Origin: a virus
Length of the DNA: 64,000 bases
Virus record (IMG/VR): IMGVR_UViG_3300045988_108212
Coordinates: 93,286-157,285 of that record
Direction: 5' to 3' (one strand)
A program made the translations under genes and the position numbers. The notes beneath the pieces were generated by a model. It saw only the letters and a program-made list of their open reading frames with translations. It ran no database searches and was not told the DNA's origin. Of this stretch, positions 34,714 through 41,614 are shown piece by piece (positions within the stretch are counted from its first letter, which is position 1; every line of letters begins with the position of its first letter).

Positions 34714-34968
34714 TTATGCATTGTACATTGCGTATTCTTCACCCAACATACAACAAATATCAGATTGTCTTTTACAATCACCTATTAAAACCCATGTGAC
34801 TTTTCTTGCCATTTCCCTAGAATCAAGATTATATTTAGTAAAAATATAATCAATTTTTTCATCTACTGAATAATATTTAAAAAATAATGGTAATTGTGTT
34901 TGTTTTAAAGAAGCAATTGCTTCTTTAATTTTATTATTTTTATTTTCATCTTTATATAATGTAATCAT
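34714..34968 (-). CDS. hypothetical protein (first gene of the leftward early operon)
   Basis: AAAGGAGTAAAG-ATG (MITLYKDENK...). The ORF-track start at 35034 lacks an SD. Confidence 0.55.
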   Translation of the reverse strand: MITLYKDENKNNKIKEAIASLKQTQLPLFFKYYSVDEKIDYIFTKYNLDSREMARKVTWVLIGDCKRQSDICCMLGEEYAMYNA

Positions 34969-35124
34969 CTTTACTCCTTTACTCTTTTGAGATTTTAATT
35001 CAGTTATAAGTTCATGAATGGATACAAATAACAATATCGTAGACAGAGGTCAACTAAATGTGCATACTACGCAAGGCGTTAATTTGTACCCCATCATCGA
35101 CCTATAAAAGAATTATGAAATCTT

Positions 35125-35144
35125 AACCAGCTTTATAACTGGTT
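35125..35144. repeat. hairpin motif AACCAG-N8-CTGGTT (copy 1 of 2)
   Basis: TTAACCAGCTTTATAACTGGT here. A near-identical TAACCAGCATCTTAACTGGT lies at 35603-35622. The two copies bracket the structured leader region. Confidence 0.6.
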
Positions 35145-35252
35145 GATTCATTGTTAATCTTTAGGTTTTGATGTTTTATTCAAAAAAGATTTTTCAGAGT
35201 GTTTATAAAACACCCTTAAGTTATACCGTTCAATGTAATGTATAGTGTTCTG

Positions 35253-35364
35253 CGTTGCTGGTGTCTCCCGACATTAGCCATACATACTAACTAATGGGTT
35301 ATTAGCTAAATAACCTTAATGTCACTTATTGCATCGGGCGACACTCTACCCTATCATCTTTTTT
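35253..35364 (+). ncRNA. candidate structured small RNA 1 (antisense to early-operon leader)
   Basis: A 10/11-bp closing stem GTGTCTCCCGA (35261-71) / TCGGGCGACAC (35334-44) encloses the nested hairpins GGTTATT-agcta-AATAACC and CATTAG..CTAATG. A T6 run lies at 35359-64, and TATAGT is upstream at 35241. Confidence 0.35.
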
Positions 35365-35494
35365 ACATGGGTTATGGCGTTACCATGAGTTTTTATAGAA
35401 GTATTCTTTTCTTCTTTTATTCGGTTGTGTTTAACCGTTTTAAATAGGGATTTAAAAAGTCTGAATTGACTTTTTAGAAAAGATATGGTATCCT

Positions 35495-35589
35495 AGAATT
35501 GTCTAGGTTCAGGGATACCGAAATCCCAAAGATGATATGGGCAGAAAGCCTTTTTTGATTAAGGCTGAACGCCTTTATCATCTTTTTTT
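35495..35589 (+). ncRNA. candidate structured small RNA 2 with strong intrinsic terminator
   Basis: TTGACT-17-TATCCT at 35466-35494. GGTATCC/GGATACC (35487/35513) competes with GGGAT-accgaa-ATCCC. The terminator stem is GATGATA (35531) ... TATCATC (35576) plus T7. Confidence 0.4.
35531..35589 (+). terminator. rho-independent terminator (plus strand) inside a minus-strand leader
   Basis: GATGATA...TATCATC with inner hairpin AGCCTT-N8-AAGGCT, followed by TTTTTTT. Confidence 0.65.
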
Positions 35590-35602
35590 ATTTAATTTTT
35601 GT

Positions 35603-35622
35603 AACCAGCATCTTAACTGGTA
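35603..35622. repeat. hairpin motif AACCAG-N8-CTGGT (copy 2 of 2)
   Basis: See 35125-35144. Confidence 0.6.
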
Positions 35623-35696
35623 TCAAGTTAAGTGAGATTTTAAACTCTGCGGATCAATCAAGATCGTTTGTTTTGCTTCTCTTTTAACTTGTCTTT

Positions 35697-35726
35697 ATTA
35701 TATCATGTATTTACTTGATTTGTCAA
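35697..35726 (-). promoter_or_regulatory. consensus sigma-70 promoter for the leftward early arm
   Basis: The minus strand reads TTGACA-18 nt-TATAAT. No minus-strand gene lies between it and 34968, implying a leader of about 720 nt. Confidence 0.65.
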
Positions 35727-35798
35727 GTATTTATTTAATATTTTTTAAAAATATTTGTTTACTATTTAATATAATAAATAAAGGAAGGTAAAACATAC

Positions 35799-36035
35799 AT
35801 GATATATATAGATAATACTCAATTGATCGCAAGTATAAAAGAATTACAATTAAGAAAGAATTATACGCAAAAACAACTTGCAACGGCTATTGGTATCTCA
35901 CCAGCTAATTTATCTAATATCCTAAAAAACAAAAAGTCATTGACGTTTGAAGATGTCAATAAAATTTGTAATGGTTTAGGCTACAAATTGGACTATCGTT
36001 TTATAGATACAGATAATACTAGCAAAGATCAATAA
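35799..36035 (+). CDS. XRE-family helix-turn-helix transcriptional regulator
   Basis: LRKNYTQKQLATAIGISPANLSNILKNKKSLTFEDVNKICNGLGYKL. AAAGGAAGG SD. Confidence 0.85.
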   Translation: MIYIDNTQLIASIKELQLRKNYTQKQLATAIGISPANLSNILKNKKSLTFEDVNKICNGLGYKLDYRFIDTDNTSKDQ

Positions 36036-36622
36036 TAACGTGTACTCTGCCCCTATGCACTCATAAAGCCTTATACAATCGTTTAAATGCTTTAGAATGT
36101 AACTATGCAAAGATCATTTGTATTATATAGAAGAAACACGTATAAAACAGTATTATAAACGCAATATATAAGTATATCTATTATAGCATAATGTATGACA
36201 CTTGCGTATGCCGTAGGTGTACTCTTATATAGTATTATGTATATGTAGTATATTTATTAATTGTGTCTTTAGGGTGCATGGTATATAGTTGTATATTATA
36301 CTATTATATGTTATTATATAGTTATCATAGTTTGGATCTAGTTTTGCGTGGTAGTATGAGATATACTATCATGTTATATTTGTATATGTATTTGTTTATG
36401 TATGATAGTTTGATCTTGTATGATTGCTATATATTAATTTGTTTAGTTTATATTTTAATTTGTGTAGTTATCGCAAGTGCTGGAAGTCTGCCAAACATCG
36501 AACACTTGTTTGGTTAGTAGTGTAGCATGGTTTTATGGTGTTGTCAAGTGGTATAGATTATAGGTATATGTAGGTGGTTGGTATAGAGTGAAGTTATAGG
36601 CGGGTTGGTGGCGTGGATAGAC

Positions 36623-36668
36623 TATCCAACACATTATGTAAAAGTGTTGGATAATAGACAAGTGTTGG
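36623..36668. repeat. iteron-like CCAACAC/GTGTTGG set including a 10-bp inverted repeat
   Basis: TATCCAACAC (36623-32) / GTGTTGGATA (36644-53) form an inverted repeat. A third AAGTGTTGG copy lies at 36660-68. Confidence 0.7.
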
Positions 36669-36686
36669 TTAACAGTCGTTTGCTAG

Positions 36687-36704
36687 TAGTCCGATATCGG
36701 ACTA
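36687..36704. repeat. perfect 18-bp palindrome TAGTCCGATATCGGACTA
   Basis: Read directly from the sequence. The flanks GTCGTT (36675) / AACGAC (36706) extend it imperfectly. Confidence 0.9.
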
Positions 36705-36998
36705 TAACGACACGTACAGAATATTGTACAGTTTGTACACTATATTAAATAACCATATAACGTAGCATCCTATACTATATGGAAATAGTTGGAAATTATT
36801 TGCACTCTGCCTCCTGATCTTCCTACAAATTATTTACAGTTATTTATAAAATTCATTTGATAAAATTATAGTATTTCAAATAGATTTATCCAGTATTTAC
36901 CATAGTTTTTATATATTTATAACTATACTATGTAGGGGGTATATTTACATATTTCACAATATAGTTTTTATACTTTTTGCCTTGATGTCTTCAACACG

Positions 36999-37148
36999 CC
37001 AAATATCTCCCTTTCATTTTTTAATCTATTATTTTCCAATTTTTTAATCACTTTCTTCCAATTTCTTCCTTTTTTCTTAAATCCATCAAAATCCCCACTA
37101 TTCTTGCACTTTCACTACTTTTCTCCTATCTCATTAAAAAAACATTAC
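36999..37148 (+). other. G-free polypyrimidine/A tract (107 nt with no G, then one G, then 42 nt with no G)
   Basis: Hand count: there is no g between 36999 and 37105 or between 37107 and 37148. Confidence 0.9.
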
Positions 37149-37862
37149 GTCGTAAGTGACGTCGTTCAACTTCCCTATTTAAGCCACTTTTGACAATTAC
37201 ACCTTACCCAAAATGACCAGATTTTTTACTTTTTCGCACCTAACACACCACTTAATCCCTCATAAATACTGACTTCAGACGACCTCACTCAAATTTTATT
37301 GCCATTTTGACCAAAATCAGATCTTTTACACACCTCTTTTTTGCAAGTTTCCATTTTCAAAACACTACCACAAACTTCTCTTCTCTCCTTTATTTTTACA
37401 TTACATCTTAAAAACCCAAAAATTCATTTTTGTACCCATGCCTGACGACCTCACTTTTTGATTGTCAAAACAGGGTGTCACCAATTTCGTACCTATCTTG
37501 CATCAAAACCCTTATAAATACTGAATAAAACGACAATTACTCTTCTACTCCTCTTCTCTCTTATCCCAAGCAAACATGCAAAATTATTGCGCAGTTTAGG
37601 AGAGGCAGGATAAGCGTTAGCGTTCCTTCTCGACATTGCTACCGCAGGTAATACCACTTACACTCTTCCATTTCTCAAAAGATCATGTTATACTGCCATT
37701 GAGGGCTTAGGCAACCCTTAGCATCTACGCCAAAACAGACATAAAAAATGATATTAAGGTATTCAAGTTGGTACCCCAGATAATGTATCTGCAAATGCAT
37801 TATCAGAATTTATGTTCAGGGAAATTTCTCTGGGCATATTTTTTACACCTTACAATCTATCA

Positions 37863-37891
37863 TTGCAATAAAGTATCTTATATGATATAAT
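37863..37891 (+). promoter_or_regulatory. near-consensus sigma-70 promoter inside the gene desert
   Basis: TTGCAA (37863-68), a 17-nt spacer, then TATAAT (37886-91). It points toward the three ~55-nt repeats. Confidence 0.5.
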
Positions 37892-38104
37892 CGTGTATAT
37901 GGCATTGAACAAGACATTCAATGTATTCCATGTATCAATAAAAACAATCCCTCGCAAGGCAAAACATTTTAATAAGATGGAATCCCTTGAACTATCAACC
38001 AGATTTGTGACAGATAGTGAACACAAGCAATCTATCAATCAGACACTCAGCCTTGCAAGCAGGGATTATTTTTATGCAAAAAATTATCTTTCATACAGTC
38101 CTAT

Positions 38105-38625
38105 AAAAAATCGCACTCTACAGATCATAAATCCATTTTACCTATCTACTCTAACAACTCTCCACGACATACCACAAAATCCATATTTGACGGATATACT
38201 CTTCTAAACATTGAGAATCACATATAATCAACACCAACCATTATGCAGCAGATTCCCTAGTCAGACATTTGCCACAACCCATCTTAGATCCACGGTAAAA
38301 ATATCTCTTCATTATACCATTAAAAAATGTACTCTGAGAGAGCAAATTTCAATTCTACTATCTTACCCTAACAAGTTATCGCCAGAACATATAAAATGGA
38401 AATTAGCATCCGATTTCTCGCCTAAACATTGCAAAAGTACCCTAAGTAATTTCACACATAACCTGGCTCTCGCACTAATATCACATAAGGGGTACACTTT
38501 ACATTGAAAAGATCATTGTCGGCACTAGTATATATTGTACATGAAAAAGTACAATGATATTTCCTATGAAAAAAATGCACCTGAGAGATCATAAATCAAT
38601 TTTACACCTCTCCCCTACCAACAAT
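38105..38625 (+). repeat. three degenerate ~55-nt direct repeats, period ~217 and ~247 nt
   Basis: The copies lie at 38105-38158, 38322-38375 and 38569-38625. The shared core is AAAAAATGCAC(T)CTGAGAGATCATAAATCAATTTTAC...CTAAC(A)A, about 70% pairwise by eye. Confidence 0.7.
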
Positions 38626-38738
38626 ACCAATTTACCTATAGAATTGAAATTCACCACAAAAAGCTCTTCTAAATGTACAGAATCCAGTATAAAGAAAATT
38701 ACATTCTACCCAGATAAAAATATAACTAACTTCCCTCA

Positions 38739-38776
38739 TTGCACCCGTTGACAAGGTGCAAAAAGTATGTTAAAAT
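38739..38776 (+). promoter_or_regulatory. promoter with its -35 box embedded in a 7-bp inverted repeat; twin of 12909-12946
   Basis: TTGCACC-cg-TTGACA-a-GGTGCAA-aaagtatgt-TAAAAT (17-nt spacer). The ATG of the 38783 ORF sits 7 nt after the -10 box. Confidence 0.65.
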
Positions 38777-38782
38777 ACCAAT

Positions 38783-39175
38783 ATGCTTAAAAAGAAAACA
38801 AAGAAAGAAAGGATATATATTGTGAAGAATATGAGTAATTTAAAAAGTAATTGCAATGAAGAGACAAAACTCTCTTTCAATTTGCCACCAAATATTACAC
38901 CAGATATGATATGCCAGATAATCAATTCTGGTAATCTGTGCAAAGATTCTTTTAAAGAATATATGTTGGCAGATACCAGAAAAGAAATTGCAATGAAGAT
39001 TCATAGTTATTGGAAAGATAATTCTGAGATATTATATCCAAGATCTTCAAGATTATATATGTGGTTGTACTACAATGAGATAACCAGAAAAAGATTACGG
39101 ACATTGCAGGAAGAAAATATAAAACAATTATCATATATGATCTACATGATGAAAAACAAAGAAAGGAGAAATTAA
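38783..39175 (+). CDS. hypothetical basic protein (start uncertain: leaderless ATG 38783, or GTG 38822 / ATG 38831)
   Basis: 130-aa ORF, the first plus-strand gene after the desert. It has no SD before 38783; AAAGGA lies before the GTG. Confidence 0.55.
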   Translation: MLKKKTKKERIYIVKNMSNLKSNCNEETKLSFNLPPNITPDMICQIINSGNLCKDSFKEYMLADTRKEIAMKIHSYWKDNSEILYPRSSRLYMWLYYNEITRKRLRTLQEENIKQLSYMIYMMKNKERRN

Positions 39176-39178
39176 AAG

Positions 39179-39265
39179 ATGATCAATACAATTGTCAAGA
39201 CAGATGAAAGATCAAAAGAGAAAAGAGATGAGCGTCAGCGAACACGGAATTTTTTCGTTGAGTAA
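39179..39265 (+). CDS. possible 28-aa basic micro-ORF
   Basis: AAAGGAGAAATTAAAAG-ATG; product MINTIVKTDERSKEKRDERQRTRNFFVE. It overlaps an AGCGTCAGCGA repeat. Confidence 0.25.
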   Translation: MINTIVKTDERSKEKRDERQRTRNFFVE

Positions 39266-39499
39266 GCGTCAGCGACCGAAACAAAAAATAGGTAGGGAAT
39301 ATTTATATTCCCGTGTTTTGTATAGGTAATATGTCCTATATAGATAACACGTCTCTTATAGTTAATATTGTCGGTTAAGCGATTAAAAATTATTTGTCTA
39401 GCTATTTAGACGTGTCTATCAAATCAACACCTGTTGTACTTATGCTGAGATTTTGTCTACACACAAGTTAATAACCAAGATAGCAAAGGAGAATTATTT

Positions 39500-40363
39500 A
39501 TGAAACAAATTAAACCCGAAGGAAAACGACAGAACTTTCATGTTATTCCACATTTTCTAATCTACAATCCAGAGTTTGGAGAAAAAAGAATATTATTTCA
39601 AATGGCGTTAGCAAACAATATGATGTTAAAATGGAATCCAGAAAAACCACCGATTCTTTATAATACAAATTTACTCGTGCGCCAAATGAGCTTTTCACAG
39701 AATTACAACTCATCAGGCATCAATGAACAAGTTAAAAAATTTATGAAATTAATTGAAGACAAAGGCTATGTTAAAAAAGTTGCATCACCAATCAAGCAGC
39801 TTACATTATATAATGTTCCGAATGAAAACACTGAAGAAAATTTATTCCTACAAAAGAAACATTACGGTATAATTTATAACTTCGAGTTCTTATACTTGCT
39901 CCGATTACATAAGACGAATTCAATGCCATATAATACCAGAATATGGAATGTATTACTCGTGTTAGCATATCTAAGATACAATATTATCATGCGAGTTTCA
40001 GAAGATTTTAATTCGAAAAAAAATAGAAAGAAAAGACCAGAAACATATGTGAAAACATATGATGATATCGGAAAGGAACTTGGATTACATCGAACTACTA
40101 TTGAAAAATGTGTTAAGGTTCTTGATGAGGCAGGGATTATCTATCATGAGCAATTATTCAAAACTCTTCCTGGCACTGATAGAGTTGTATATAGTCGAAT
40201 TGCTTTTACAAATAAATATAAATATGACGGAACTCAAGAATATCGCTTGGATTCCAATTACGATTATAAAAAAGAAATCGAAGAAATTAAATTACAGTTA
40301 AAACCTTACGGAGAATTTGGGAAAGCAACTAATGCTTCTTCTGATTTAGAAAACCTTGATTAA
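39500..40363 (+). CDS. hypothetical protein with C-terminal winged-helix-like segment
   Basis: AAAGGAGAATTATTT-ATG. YDDIGKELGLHRTTIEKCVKVLDEAGIIY looks like a wHTH. Confidence 0.65.
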   Translation: MKQIKPEGKRQNFHVIPHFLIYNPEFGEKRILFQMALANNMMLKWNPEKPPILYNTNLLVRQMSFSQNYNSSGINEQVKKFMKLIEDKGYVKKVASPIKQLTLYNVPNENTEENLFLQKKHYGIIYNFEFLYLLRLHKTNSMPYNTRIWNVLLVLAYLRYNIIMRVSEDFNSKKNRKKRPETYVKTYDDIGKELGLHRTTIEKCVKVLDEAGIIYHEQLFKTLPGTDRVVYSRIAFTNKYKYDGTQEYRLDSNYDYKKEIEEIKLQLKPYGEFGKATNASSDLENLD

Positions 40364-40458
40364 TCGCTTTGTTGGCAGCATTGTGAGTAATCAAGTAAAC
40401 ACAAATTAAAAATTAACTAAACAATAATATACATAACGAAAGGATCTAACAAATTTTC

Positions 40459-40896
40459 ATGACAAAACAATTAAATACAGAACTCAAAGACTTATTGGCT
40501 ACTTCTGATCGTATCTCATTTGAGAACATTACACAAGAACAGTTCGCAGTCAAACTTGCAGCACAGAGACTACGCACTACTCCTTCTTCAAAGAAAAGAT
40601 TAAAAAGAAATGATGGTATTCGAGCAAGAGATAGTACAACAGATTCTGTAGTCTATAAGCCAACGCATGACCAGTATTATCGTATTTTCATCAACGATAT
40701 TTTAAGCAATATTCGATCAGGTGGCACTGATTATTGTTTTAAATGGTATCAAGTAAAAGAATTGCTGCGGTTTCACAAGCACACGTTGATATGCAAAATG
40801 GTCAAAGAAAGCACGAGTGCCCGTGGCATTTATTTCAAGGTATCTCTTCCCAACGATTGGCGAAAGATTGAGAAGAATATTATACCAGAACAGTAA
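40459..40896 (+). CDS. hypothetical protein
   Basis: 145-aa ORF with GAAAGGATC SD. Confidence 0.65.
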   Translation: MTKQLNTELKDLLATSDRISFENITQEQFAVKLAAQRLRTTPSSKKRLKRNDGIRARDSTTDSVVYKPTHDQYYRIFINDILSNIRSGGTDYCFKWYQVKELLRFHKHTLICKMVKESTSARGIYFKVSLPNDWRKIEKNIIPEQ

Positions 40897-40973
40897 GCAT
40901 GAATTACTGAAATACATAATAAACACAAATTAATAATTAAACTAAACAAATACATAAATAAGGAGACTTTTCA

Positions 40974-41402
40974 ATGAAATCCAGAAAATTTAATAAAGAA
41001 AAATACACAGAACAGAAGGCAATGAAGAAAAAGAATCGTCCACAGCGCAGTTATACAAGCCTTGGGACAACCATTGAGATTCCGATCAATCACAGAAAGC
41101 ATAAAATTTTAGCTACTGCCCGACATAATGATGAAAACGGCAAAGAGGATGAAACATTTACAGTGACACTTTCAATTGCCAAAGAGACAGGAGATTTCCC
41201 AATCTGGCATCAGTTTGAAGATGATTTACAAATCACGGCAAAGAGATATTCTCTTAGAACTGCTCTGATGGCTAAGGTAGTTGAGCTTGAAACAGCTGGC
41301 GATCTTGATATACATATTGAATCTGCTGATACTATCTACAAGCTTCTTGAATGTGCAGGCGATTACCTAAGCGGTAAATCAAATACAGTGGAGGTGCAGT
41401 AG
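40974..41402 (+). CDS. hypothetical protein
   Basis: 142-aa ORF with AAGGAGAC SD. Confidence 0.65.
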   Translation: MKSRKFNKEKYTEQKAMKKKNRPQRSYTSLGTTIEIPINHRKHKILATARHNDENGKEDETFTVTLSIAKETGDFPIWHQFEDDLQITAKRYSLRTALMAKVVELETAGDLDIHIESADTIYKLLECAGDYLSGKSNTVEVQ

Positions 41403-41403
41403 A

Positions 41404-41613
41404 ATGATAGTTTTATTTACGATTCTGATTGGTGGTGCCGTACTGTTTTGCGCAGGAATGTGTCGTTCTGCTGCTACCAGAGAAATGATTACGGAAGATA
41501 TTTATTGCCAGATCAAAGCAGAAAGTTTACATAAAAACGCTTTCAGGAAACCAAGAACTGAAATGGAACAGATGACAGACATGATTTTTAAAGAAAGCGA
41601 GGATGATGAGTAG
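41404..41613 (+). CDS. small membrane protein
   Basis: MIVLFTILIGGAVLFCAGMC TM helix; coupled to the upstream stop. Confidence 0.6.
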   Translation: MIVLFTILIGGAVLFCAGMCRSAATREMITEDIYCQIKAESLHKNAFRKPRTEMEQMTDMIFKESEDDE

Positions 41614-41614
41614 A

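Noticed and set aside
38105-38625. The three ~55-nt repeats could be a CRISPR array.
   Set aside because: The repeats are only about 70% identical, and the spacing of 217/247 nt is far larger than CRISPR spacers. There are only three copies, no cas genes and no leader-like organisation.
36263-38751. ORF-track entries inside the gene desert (36263-36517, 37850-38038, 37893-38207, 38211-38507, 38554-38751).
   Set aside because: Their extreme composition (Y/L/M/C-rich or S/T/P/H/L-rich) simply reflects the C- or G-depleted DNA. None has an SD, most have non-ATG or arbitrary starts, and their similarity to each other is explained by the ~55-nt DNA repeats.
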